DNA of 64,000 nucleotides from Eledone cirrhosa (taxonomy: Eukaryota). The notes below the pieces were generated by a model. It ran no database searches. It worked only from the letters and a program-made list of their open reading frames with translations, and had not been told where the DNA came from. Of this stretch, positions 1 to 12,062 are shown piece by piece. The position numbers and the translations under genes were made by a program. The stretch spans positions 11,284,001 through 11,348,000 of the forward strand of contig OZ024745.1 of assembly GCA_964016885.1 (NCBI GenBank), read 5' to 3'. Numbering within the stretch: the stretch's first letter is position 1; each line of letters starts with the position of its first letter.

Positions 1-3000
1 ACTAAACATATGGTAGTAACTAAACCTTACAGTAACTAAACATATGATAGTAACTAAACATATGGTAGTAACTAAACATATGGTAGTAACTAAACATATG
101 ATAGTTGCTAAACATCTGATAGTAACTAAACATATGATAGTAACTAAACATATGGTAGTAACTAAACCTGACAGTAACTAAACATATGATAGTAACTAAA
201 CATATGATAGTAACTAAACATATGATAGTAACTAAACATATGGTAGTAACTAAACATATGGTAGTAACTAAACATATGGTAGTAACTAAACATATGTTAG
301 TAACTAAACATATGATAGTAACTAAACATATGATAGTAACTAAACATATGATAGTAACTAAACATATGATAGTAACTAAACATATGGTAGTAACTAAACA
401 TGACTAACTAAACATATGATAGTAACTAAACTTATGATAGTAACTAAACATATGGTAGTAACTAAACATATGATAGTAACTAAACATATGGTAGTAACTA
501 AACATATGGTAGTAACTAAACATATGATAGCAACTAAACATATTATAGCAACTAAACATATGATAGTAACTAAACATATGATAGTAACTAAACATATGGT
601 AGTAACTAAACATATGATAGTAACTAAACATATGATAGTAACTAAACATATGATAGTAACTAAACATATGATAGTAACTAAACATATGGTAGTAACTAAA
701 CCTGACAGTAACTAAACATATGATAGTAACTAAACATATGATAGTAACTAAACATATGACAGTAACTAAACATATGGTAGTAACTAAACATATGATAGTA
801 ACTAAACATATGGTAGTAACTAAACATATGATAGCAACTAAACATATGACAGTAACTAAACATATGGTAGTAACTAAACATATGATAGTAACTAAACATA
901 TGGTAGTAACTAAACATATGATAGTAACCAAACATATGATAGCAACTAAACATATGACAGTAACTAAACATATGGTAGGAACTAAACATATGGTAGTAAC
1001 TAAACATATGGTAGTAACTAAACATATGGTAGTAACTAAACATATGATAGTAACTAAACATATGACAGTAACTAAACATATGGTAGTAACTAAACATATG
1101 ACAGTAACTAAACATATGGTAGTAACTAAACATATGGTAGTAACTAAACTTATGGTAGTAACTAAACATATGGTAGTAACTAAACATATTGTAGGAACTA
1201 AACATATGGTAGTAACTAAACATATGGTAGTAACTAAACATATGGTAGTAACTAAACATATGATAGCAACTAAACATATGACAGTAACTAAACATATGGT
1301 AGTAACTAAACATATGGTAGTAACTATACATATGATAGCAACTAAACATATGGTAGTAACTAAACCTGACAGTAACTAAACATATGGTAGTAACTAAACA
1401 TATGGTAGTAACTAAACATATGGTAGTAACTAAACATATGACAGTAACTAAACATATGGTAGTAACTAAACATATGGTAGTAATTAATCATATGGTAGTA
1501 ACTAAACATATGGTAGTAACTAAACATATGATAGTAACTAAACATATGATAGTAACTAAAGATATGGTAGTAACTAAACTTATGATAGTAACTAAACATA
1601 TGGTAGTAACTAAACATATGGTAGTAACTAAACATATGGTAGTAACTAAACATATGATAGCAACTAAACATATGGTAGTAACTAAACATATGATAGCAAC
1701 TAAACATATGATAGTAACTAAACATATGTTAGTAACTAAACATATGACAGTAACTAAAAATATGACAGTAACTAAACATATGGTAGTAACTAAACATGAC
1801 AGTAACTAAACATATGGTAGTAACTAAACATATGATAGTAACTAAACATATGGTAGTAACTAAACATATGGTAGTAACTAAACATTTGGTAGTAACTAAA
1901 CATATGATAGCAACTAAACATATGGTAGTAACTAAACATATGACAGTAACTAAACATATGGTAGTAACTAAACATTTGGTAGTAACTAAACATATGATAG
2001 CAACTAAACATATGATAGTAACTAAACATATGACAGTAACTAAACATATGATAGTAACTAAACATATGATAGTAACTAAACATATGGTAGTATCTAAACA
2101 TATGGTAGTAAATAAACATATGACAGTAACTAAACATATGGTAGTAACTAAACATATGGTAGTAACTAAACATATGACAGTAACTAAACATATGGTAGTA
2201 ACTAAACATATGGTAGTAACTAAACATTTGGTATTAACTAAACATATGATAGCAACTAAACATATGATAGTAACTAAACATATGACAGTAACTAAACATA
2301 TGGTAGTAACTAAACATATGACAGTAACTAAACATATGATAGTAACTAAACATATGTTAGTAACTAAGCATATGATAGCAACTAAACATATGACAGTAAC
2401 TAAACATATGGTAGTAACTAAACATATGATAGTAACTAAATATATAGCAGTAATTAAACATATGATAGTAACTAAACATATGGTAGTAACTAAATATATG
2501 GTAGTAACTAAACATATGACAGTAACTAAACATATGATAGTAACTAAACATATGGCAGTAATTAAACATATGATAGCATCTAAACATATGATAGTAACTA
2601 AACATATGGTAGTAACTAAACATATGACAGTAACTAAACATATGGTAGTAACTAAACATATGATAGTAACTAAACACATGGTAGTAACTAAACATATGAT
2701 AGTAACTAAACATATGGTAGTAACTAAACCTGACAGTAACTAAACATATGATAGTAACTAAACATATGATAGTAACTAAACATATGATAGTAACTAAACA
2801 TATGGTAGTAACTAAACATATGATAGTAACTAAACATATGGTAGTAACTAAACATATGGTAGTAACTAAACATATGATAGTAGCTAAACATATGATAGTA
2901 ACTAAACATATGGTAGTAACTAAACCTTACAGTAACTAAACATATGATAGTAACTAAACATATGGTAGTAACTAAACATATGGTAGTAGCTAAACATATG

Positions 3001-5189
3001 ATAGTAACTAAACATATGATAGTAACTAAACATATGGTAGTAACTAAAGATATGGTAGTAACTAAACATATGATAGTAACTAAACATATGATAGTAACTA
3101 AACATATGATAGTAACTAAACATATGATAGTAACTAAAAATATGGTAGTAACTAAACATGACAGTAACTAAACATATGATAGTAACTAAACATATGATAG
3201 TAACTAAATATATGGTAGTAACTAAACATATGATAGTAACTAAACATATGGTAGTAACTAAACATATGGTAGTAACTAAACATATGATAGCAACTAAAGA
3301 TATTATAGCAACTAAACATATGACAGTAACTAAACATATGGCAGTAACTAAACATATGGTAGTATCTAAACATATGGTAGTAACTAAACATATGATAGCA
3401 ACTAAACATATGATAGCAACTAAACATATGATAGTAACTAAACATATGATAGTAACTAAAGATATGGTAGTAACTAAACATATGATAGTAACTAAACATA
3501 TGATAGTAACTAAACATATGATAGTAACTAAACATATGATAGTAACTAAAAATATGGTAGTAACTAAACATGACAGTAACTAAACATATGATAGTAACTA
3601 AACACATGATAGTAACTAAACATATGGTAGTAACTAAACATATGATAGTAACTAAACATATGGTAGTAACTAAACATATGGTAGTAACTAAACATATGGT
3701 AGTAACTAAACATATGATAGCAACTAAACATATGATAGCAACTAAACATATGATAGTAACTAAACTTGATAGTAACTAAACATATGGTAGTAACTAAACA
3801 TATGATAGTAACTAAACATATGATAGTAACTAAACATATGATAGTAACTAAACATATGATAGTAACTAAACATATGGTAGTAACTAAACCTGACAGTAAC
3901 TAAACATATGATAGTAACTAAACATATGATAGTAACTAAACATATGACAGTAACTAAACATATGGTAGTAACTAAACATATGATAGTAACTAAACATAAG
4001 ACAGTAACTATACATATGATAGTAACTAAACATATGATAGTAACTAAACATATGACAGTAACTAAACATATGGTAGTAACTAAACATATGATAGCAACTA
4101 AACATAAGACAGTAACTATACATATGGTAGTAACTAAACATATGATAGTAACTAAACATATGGTAGTAACTAAACATATGTTAGTATCTAAAGATATGAT
4201 AGCAACTAAACATATGGTAGTAACTAAAGATATGATAGTAACTAAACATATGATAGTAACTAAACATATGATAGCAACTAAACATATGACAGTAACTAAA
4301 CATATGGTAGTAACTAAACATATGATAGTAACTAAACATATGGTAGTAACTAAACATATGATAGCAACTAAACATATGACAGTAACTAAACATATGGTAG
4401 GAACTAAACATATGGTAGTAACTAAACATATGGCAGTAACTAAACATGACAGTAACTAATCATATGACAGTAACTAAACATATGGTAGTAACTAAACATA
4501 TGGTAGTAACTAAACATATGGTAGTAACTAAACATATGGTAGTAACTAAACATATGGTAGGAACTAAACATATGGTAGTAACTTAACATATGGTAGTAAC
4601 TAAACATATGGTAGTAACTAAACATATGGTAGTAACTAAACATATGGTAGTAACTAAACATATGGTAGGAACTAAACATATGGTAGTAACTAAACATATG
4701 GTAGTAACTAAACATATGGTAGTAACTAAACATATGATAGTAACTAAACATATGGTAGTAACTAAACATATGGTAGTAACTAAACATATGATAGCAACTA
4801 AACATATGACAGTAACTAAACATATGGTAGTAACTAAACATATGGTAGTAACTAAACATATGATAGCAACTAAACATATGACAGTAACTAAACATATGAT
4901 AGCAACTAAACATATGGTAGTAACTAAACCTGACAGTAACTAAACATATGGTAGTAACTAAACATCACAGTAACTAAACATATGGTAGTAACTATACATA
5001 TGATAGCAACTAAACATATGGTAGTATCTAAACCTGACAGTAACTAAACATATGGTAGTAACTAAACATCACAGTAACTAAACATATGGTAGTAACTATA
5101 CATATGATAGCAACTAAACATATGGTAGTAACTAAACCTGACAGTAACTAAACATATGGTAGTAACTAAACATCACAGTAACTAAACAT
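1..5189. repeat. 18-bp tandem satellite (ACTAAACATATGRTAGTA), running off the left edge of the window
   Basis: Uninterrupted 18-bp period with GGT/GAT/GAC variants and occasional 16-bp units (AAACCTGACAGTAACT, AAACATCACAGTAACT). The MIVTKH/FSYYHM ORFs are translations of this repeat. Confidence 0.98.
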
Positions 5190-5484
5190 GATACTTTAGA
5201 ATATTATCATTAACGTTGAGTTTATTTAGTTGGGGATCTTTCCAAACAGGTCAACAGATATTTTTACTATTTTCCTTTATCAAGCTCAATCCCTTCTCCT
5301 TATGTTAGTTAACAATCCTTCATCAATTATTCTCAGTGACGTGATGAAGATTTTAATACCAAATATGGGCATAAACGTATATGATTGGAAATGAAACGAT
5401 TTAATATCAAACTAGAATTTTTTCAATACGACCAACTTATGAAGACCATTGTAGAATATAGAGAAACTGTGTTTTACCCTTATT

Positions 5485-5609
<125 letters not shown>

Positions 5610-5867
5610 TATATATACATACATATATATATATCATAGAGAAGGTTAGATCTTCACTAACACCATGAACAATCAATGCTCTATTGATGTACTGTATCTT
5701 CTACAGTTATTAAACTATAGAATTTATCGAAACACAGAAATATCCAAAAGTAAAGAAACAGTAGAAAATATATGGCGATAAGGAAACAAAACAATAAACA
5801 AGGAAAATAAGAAAAAAAGAGGAATTAAGCAACGAAAGAAAGGAAGAGGGAGTGACATGTTCTACAC

Positions 5868-6165
5868 GCCTGTCTGAGCGGTGTGTCAGCTGAGCATCAG
5901 CCAGAGCGGTGTTTCAAGTGAGTTTCTCTGAACGGTGTTTCAACTGAGCTTGAGCCTGAGTGGTATTTCGACTGAGTCTGAGCCTGAGCGGTGTTTCAGC
6001 TGAGCATCAGCCTGAGCGGTGTTTCAAGCGAGTCTCTCTGAACGGTGTTTCAGCTGAGCTTCAGCTGTAATGGTGTTTCAACTGAGCCTCAGCCCGAGCG
6101 TGTTTCAACTGAGCCTTAGCCTGAGCGGCGTTTCAACTGAGCCTAAGCGGTGTTTCAACTGAACC
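5868..6165. repeat. Degenerate ~29-30-bp minisatellite (core GCCTGAGCGGTGTTTCAACTGA)
   Basis: About 10 diverged copies of CTGAGCGGTGTTTCARCTGAG. Confidence 0.85.
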
Positions 6166-6548
6166 CTGCAGATAAAATGGCAAAGGTGTTTCCACAGAGA
6201 ATGGTCAGCGGCACTCACTGCAACGGCCACCCAAAATCTTCTGAACTAGCAATGTTTCTACCACTTGATTCTACCCCCCCCCCTCTGTTTAAAATCTCAA
6301 TTCGTTCCCACTAAAACAACAACAACAATAAGATAAAAATACAACAGAAATCAAACAAACCTGTACACAGATAAAGATGCTCTCTGAATTTAATCTCCTG
6401 ATCCCAAACCTTTTTGACTTTTCCTACTGACACCATCTTGCAAACAATTCCGGCTGAACATTCACTGATATGTCTATGGGTATTAATCTACCGCCCCAGT
6501 CAAATAAACATATATATATATGATAAGGGTTTAGATCGTTATCCAGTG

Positions 6549-6579
<31 letters not shown>

Positions 6580-7361
6580 TAGAAGCACATATATACATGT
6601 GCATACACATGTGTATCTGTAAGTGATTTTTCTATGTTCTATGAGATGTGTGTAAGGGTGTGTTTATGCGCTTGCACAATTGTATAGATATGTACGAACA
6701 CGCATCAACAAGCTGCAAAATAAAACGGTTGTGTCGTTTCTATATGAAAACGATAAAGGAGGTTTAGGTTTTACAAAACAGTTGTATGAGATTAAAACAC
6801 TCCAAGATAAAAAATAAAAACAGTGTTTGATAAAAATATTGTTAGATGAAAATATTGCGAGATAAAAAACAGTTGAAACGATCTATCAGTTATTTCTATT
6901 TCATATTGTTCAGATTCTGTTCATACAAGCTATTTTCTGTGAAAGGAAATAAGCATAGACGCAGTGTTGATATTAATACTGGAGATATTTTTGTCCAGCT
7001 AAAGTGGACATTTTGGTAAAATGGATTGACAATGAATGTAGGCTTTTGGACGCATCTCTTTGTTATATTAAAAAAAATAATAATAAGGAATAAACACGAA
7101 CATTACCTGACCATTGTTTAAAAATAAATCAATACTCGTATGACCAGTCAGTCGTTTCGTATCAACTAATATACTTAAATGTTTATAGATATGCAGGTGT
7201 TCCTAATATTGGTAGGGACATGATTTTCTGGGAATGGTAAAGTACCGCAGAAAATGTCTTATAATATTATTTAATCGAATATCTTCTAAAGTATTCGATT
7301 AAAGTTCTAAGTTAGTCTGTTCCCAGCTCAAATACTGACGAGATTTATTTTAGTCTTTCAC

Positions 7362-7565
7362 GGTACAGCGACCCGCCTTGAAGCGGAAAAGGAGATAGAC
7401 AAATACCGGGTATTATCCGGCCACTTCCTCTTCGCACTGGTCACCATCGATACCTCAGGGGTTCTCGGACCCCATATTGTCGAGCACCCCCAGAAGATCG
7501 GAACGTCAACATCTCGTCTGAGGAAGGAGCCCCTTAAGGTGAGGTGGCTGTTGCAGCAGGTGTCG

Positions 7566-7568
<3 letters not shown>
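7362..7568 (+). mobile_element. Fragment of a CRE-like non-LTR retrotransposon (C-terminal restriction-like endonuclease region)
   Basis: Open frame ...EAEKEIDKYRVLSGHFLFALVTIDTSGVLGPH...KIG...KEPLKVRWLLQQVSL. It aligns by eye with the 12063-12326 fragment and with the KY..L...F....E/DT.G..G...IG...EP....WL.Q.VS pattern of CRE-type C-termini. Confidence 0.7.
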
Positions 7569-7614
<46 letters not shown>

Positions 7615-7618
<4 letters not shown>

Positions 7619-8590
7619 AGTTAATATAAATTAATTGTTTCTACTTTTGGCACAAGGCCAGCAATTACCCAGTGCATTACTGGTACTTTATTTTATCGAC
7701 CCCGTAAGGATGAAAGGCAAAGTTAACCTAGGCGGGATTTGAACTCAGAATGGCAAGGGCCGTAACTCTATGCATCAAAGCATGGCATCCAACCCTCTAC
7801 CGATACTGCCAATTCACCGCCCAAGTTAATATAAATTAATATATGATAAACACATAAGTGTTTGTATTGTAAAAGACGAAGTTAGCTAGAATGAAATAAA
7901 CTAATTCAAATAAATATAGTTTGCCTGTCTCGATTTAAAATAATAAATCAATAAAAACAAACCCATATTGGCAATAACCGTGATACCTGGACAAATTTAA
8001 ATTTCAAAATCCAAACCTGTTCCGCAGACGAATTTGAATTTCAAAACCCAAATAAGTTTCGCAACGATAGTATAAAAAAAATTAATTGTAAAGGACTGTT
8101 TGAGTTTATAACTCTAAATATAATATAATATTACGGCTCCTTTTGTTGGGCTAATTTTTAATCCCATATAAACGGCTGTTATTTCTAGCGCCATGCGTAT
8201 GAGATAGTTAGTGAGTGGGAAACCACGTGCGTTTGCGCTTGTACACCAGACCTCCAAAAATATTTCGAGGTGAAACATCCTAATTTTCTGGATACCTGTT
8301 GATGAACACAGAAAATGGAATCTTTCACATTTTTTTATACTATCGTTGCGAAACTTATTTGGGTTTTGAAATTCAAATTTGTCTGCGGAACAGGTTTGGA
8401 TTTTGAAATTTAAATTTGTCCAGGTATCACGGTTATTGCCAATATGGGTTTGTTTTTATTGATTTATTATTTTAAATCGAGACAGGCAAACTATATTTAT
8501 TTGAATTAGTTTATTTCATTCTAGCTAACTTCGTCTTTTACAATACAAACACTTATGTGTTTATCATATATTAATTTATATTAACTTGTA
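7615..8590. repeat. Long inverted repeat (~260-bp arms, 7822-8079 and 8330-8590); fold-back or MITE-like, with the left arm interrupted by a SINE
   Basis: The arms are reverse complements with one mismatch seen. The right end TTAACTTGTA matches TACAAGTTAA at 7615, upstream of the SINE. Confidence 0.9.
7636..7821 (-). mobile_element. tRNA-derived SINE with 19-bp target-site duplication
   Basis: The minus strand has an A box (TGGCAGTATCGG), a B box (GAGTTCAAATCC) and the central GCCTTTCATCCTTACGGGGTCGATAAAATAAAGTACCAG motif. It is flanked by CAAGTTAATATAAATTAAT at 7617-7635 and 7822-7840. Confidence 0.93.
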
Positions 8591-8672
8591 TTTCACGGCT
8601 CAGAAATGCTTCTTTCTTTGAGCTAATTAATTGTAAAGGACTGTTTGAGTTTATAACTCTAAATATAATATA

Positions 8673-8751
<79 letters not shown>

Positions 8752-8833
8752 ACAGCGACACCTGCTGCAACAGCCACCTCACCTTAAGGGGCTCCTTCCT
8801 CAGACGAGATGTTGATGTTATATATATATATAT

Positions 8834-9108
8834 TGTTATGCTTTGGGAGGGTCATGTTGCCAATAAGAAACACACGCACCAGTTGCTTTCACTCAAATTA
8901 ATTATAAATTAAATTTATAAATTTAAGAATTTATAAATTTCCGGTTGGTTGGTTGGTTCCACAACCAGACGATTGTTCATATATTGTCAAAGTTCTTTCG
9001 TCACACATTCTGTGACCTCTTCAGTGACTGGGGATTCTTTTCTTTGTTTTGTGTCTCTCCTTTGTTCTGTCCTACGCCATCTTGTTTGATGGCGTAGGAC
9101 AGAACAAA
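8834..9108 (-). mobile_element. Short interspersed element carrying a hammerhead motif (Penelope-like pLTR or retrozyme-like family), with a terminal 21-bp fold-back
   Basis: Nearly identical to 33831-34056. Related TGTTATACTTG(G) ends occur at ~20296 and ~63984. The hairpin arms are 9061-9081 and 9088-9108. Confidence 0.7.
8986..9028 (-). ncRNA. Minimal type I hammerhead ribozyme (imperfect)
   Basis: Minus strand reads GUCA-CUGAAGA-g-GUCACA gaaug UGUGAC-GAAA-GAAC-UU-UGAC. It has a 4-bp stem I, a 6-bp stem II with one extra G after A9, and a CUU cleavage triplet. Confidence 0.6.
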
Positions 9109-9289
9109 TATAATGTGCATGCATAACTACAGTGCGTGTAACCGAGAGTGTACCAATGTATATAAATATATACACATTTCAAATTTGAAAGCATGAAAAA
9201 TACGAATTTCTTTGAAGATTGAAAATATCGTAAACATCTTCAATTGATTGTCGGATTTTATTGAATCCTCAGCAGAAGAGTCACAATGA

Positions 9290-9386
<97 letters not shown>

Positions 9387-9471
9387 GTGAAGTTTTTTTA
9401 CAAAATGAAAATAAACCGAGGTGTCCTACACGAGTGAGATGTGAGAAAAAACCACAGACCCTCCATCTCAA

Positions 9472-9515
9472 TTCTACTTTTGAAAAGCACAAGACCTGCG
9501 AAACCGGTAAAGGAA
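9472..9515 (+). ncRNA. Minimal type I hammerhead ribozyme, U3-A8 core variant
   Basis: Reads uucuaCUU-UUGAAAA-GCA caagacc UGC-GAAA-CCGG-UA-AAGgaa. Stem III is the palindrome ACCGGU, the triplet is GUA, and C3-G8 is replaced by U3-A8. Confidence 0.6.
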
Positions 9516-9589
9516 CCAAATAAATATATATTTTTATAAAAAAGACTCCAGCTGCATTTTCGTTTTCATCTTTTTTCCTTATATACATA

Positions 9590-10210
9590 TATATAATATT
9601 AAAATATAAATATTAATAAAATAGATGTTCTTTTGATCAATTACATTTTATTATACATATTTCGGATGTACAACAGTACGTCCTCATCAGACAAAATATA
9701 ATGATACATGACATACCCTGAGATGTTAAATGGTTAAGATTTAATCAAGGTAGTGATTAACCTAAGAGAAAATTTAACATATATACCCTAATTATGAGAA
9801 AATGCGAATACGTAATAAATTCATTAGAGAATGTGAGTAAGAAAAACGTTGCTTACTATGATACTACAATATATCTAGGAAAACATCTCATGAATCATAA
9901 CAGCCAGTGATAGCCACTGGAAAAGGATTTATAAAGAGGGAAAGATAAAGGGGGTGATATATGCTGAAGGAGATTTTTTCCGAAAGTTAAACGGTTAAAT
10001 TTGAAAATATTTAATTTATAATATTAGGGTGAAGACTCAATATTTCGGGATTTTTTTGCTGGTTATTTATATATTAGTTTTATAAATTCTATAAGTGTGT
10101 TAACATTTCTAAGCTTCTGAGTTTTATGAGGGTAACATTTAAAGGATTTAGCTGGCACATCAAGAATGAAATATTATACTGTTGATTATTTTCCTAAATT
10201 TAAACTTTAA
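9590..10210 (-). mobile_element. Decayed 3' end of a Penelope-like element (possible GIY-YIG C-terminal remnant, then pLTR with hammerhead)
   Basis: The stop-interrupted minus-strand frame ...NNQQYNISFL...KLRSLEMLTHL...INNQQ... loosely resembles the L..LE....LN.Q end of PLE endonucleases. It lies upstream of the hammerhead at 9645-9697. Confidence 0.35.
9645..9697 (-). ncRNA. Minimal type I hammerhead ribozyme
   Basis: Minus strand reads AUUUUGU-CUGAUGA-GGACGUAC uguu GUACAUCC-GAAA-UAUGUA-UA-AUAAAAU. It has a 7-bp stem I (one GU), 7 of 8 pairs in stem II, a near-palindromic stem III and an AUA triplet. Confidence 0.82.
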
Positions 10211-10213
10211 CAA

Positions 10214-10637
10214 AGATACCAACATATTAGGTATGTAAAGCTTTTGAAGTACTTATTGTTATACATATTTAAATAACGATTATGTATATAGATATATGTT
10301 AATGAGCCAGTATATTTTAGGTAATAGCGACGTAGATAAAAATAAAATAAAATAATAGATTGAGGCATGTTAAGGTTAAATATACACCTATATATAACTG
10401 GGTGTAAATGTATTAATTATTCTTTAACGGAGATACCAACATATTAGGTATGTAAAGCTTCTGAAGTATTTATTGTTAGAAATATTTAAATAACGATTAT
10501 GTATATAGATATATATTAATGAGCCAGTATATTTTAGGTAAATAATAACGAAAATAAAAATAAAATAATAGATTGAGGCATGTTACGGTTAAATATACAC
10601 CTATATATAACAAGGTGTAAATGCATTAATTATTCTT
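10214..10637. repeat. Tandem duplication of a ~210-bp AT-rich unit
   Basis: Copies start at AGATACCAACATATTAGG (10214 and 10431) and end at ATTAATTATTCTT. They differ by several substitutions and indels. Confidence 0.92.
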
Positions 10638-10807
10638 AGTTCAGAGTGTACGCAATCAAGAAATTTAGAAGTTAACTAAAGATTATGTATATGAAGATAT
10701 AGGGAGGTATATATATATATATATATATTAGGTATTAGTGGTGTAGTATACTTTAGGTAAATGATAACGGTTATAATTTTATAAAATAGAGTTCAACGTG
10801 TTACATT

Positions 10808-10900
<93 letters not shown>

Positions 10901-11035
10901 TTCATTTTTTCCGTTTATCGTTTTCGGTACCCCGGCCGATTAACTCACTCGATTTGCAAATTAGGCTGCTCAGCCGTTAATATGCATAAGGAAAGTATAT
11001 ACTTTCAGACGTTCAACCATCTGGCAGGAAGGTAT

Positions 11036-11078
11036 ACGTTGCTGACGATAACTAATAAGCTTGAAACTAGTACAGCGT
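11036..11078 (+). ncRNA. Minimal type I hammerhead ribozyme with a decayed stem II
   Basis: Reads ACGUUG-CUGACGA-uaacuaauaagcuu-GAAA-CUAG-UA-CAGCGU. It has a 6-bp stem I, palindromic stem III ACUAGU and a GUA triplet. Stem II pairs poorly. Confidence 0.62.
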
Positions 11079-11220
11079 TCCTTTGTCAGTGTTGAACAAA
11101 TGAGCAACGATGGTTGCTAGACACTGTACGGCTTAATTCGGGATGTTTGTTTACAAACACACCGAGATATTATAATAGATGTTCGGTGAATCCATACGTA
11201 CATATATATATGTGTGCATG

Positions 11221-11274
<54 letters not shown>

Positions 11275-11376
11275 CTACTGTACGTCTGTATACATATATG
11301 TATGTACGTATACATACTTATATTTAAGTATCAGCCGTACTAAGAGTGGGAAATGAAATTTCGTTTCATTTTTTCC

Positions 11377-11418
<42 letters not shown>

Positions 11419-11561
11419 TGGCGCTTTAGTTCGGATCTAGCTGCAGAAACGGTCAGAGCTCAGCCGTCGGGGTCCTGAATCTTTTCATATTACCCACTCT
11501 ACTACCCAAGTATCGAGTACTCTGGTGGGTTATCGTCTACCTGGTTTTTACCACACCCTGT

Positions 11562-11667
<106 letters not shown>

Positions 11668-12062
11668 AGTGAATGCTGTAACTCGATTTCGAGAAATGCT
11701 ATCGCTTGATACTTAAGCATGACCAACACGAAGGTGGCTTTTTAGTCAAGCTAGGGACTTGTCTATGGCCAGCAATGCAATGCATCGCAAAATGTCACAT
11801 ATCAAGCCATGTTTGCGCTTGAAGCTTTTTTGAGGGAGGAAAGGCTTGCACGGGGCCAATCCCACTTTCTGAACATCGAATGCATTTATTCAAAGAGTAG
11901 AACTGGTCTACATCATTGGATGTAAACGAAGTCGCATATATACATACACACATATATACATATATATATACACACATATATATAAATATATATGTGTGTG
12001 CGTAAATGCACAGATAGTTGTTACCTGAAGTTAACGATTGTCTTATATATAACAATAATCTA

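Noticed and set aside
186-4943. Long MIVTKH / FSYYHM / CLVTII ORFs
   Set aside because: These are translations of the 18-bp satellite, broken by 16-bp units, with no unique coding sequence.
11423-11460. GAAACGGUC-AGAGC resembling a hammerhead 3' half
   Set aside because: There is no CUGANGA-like core or stem II upstream.
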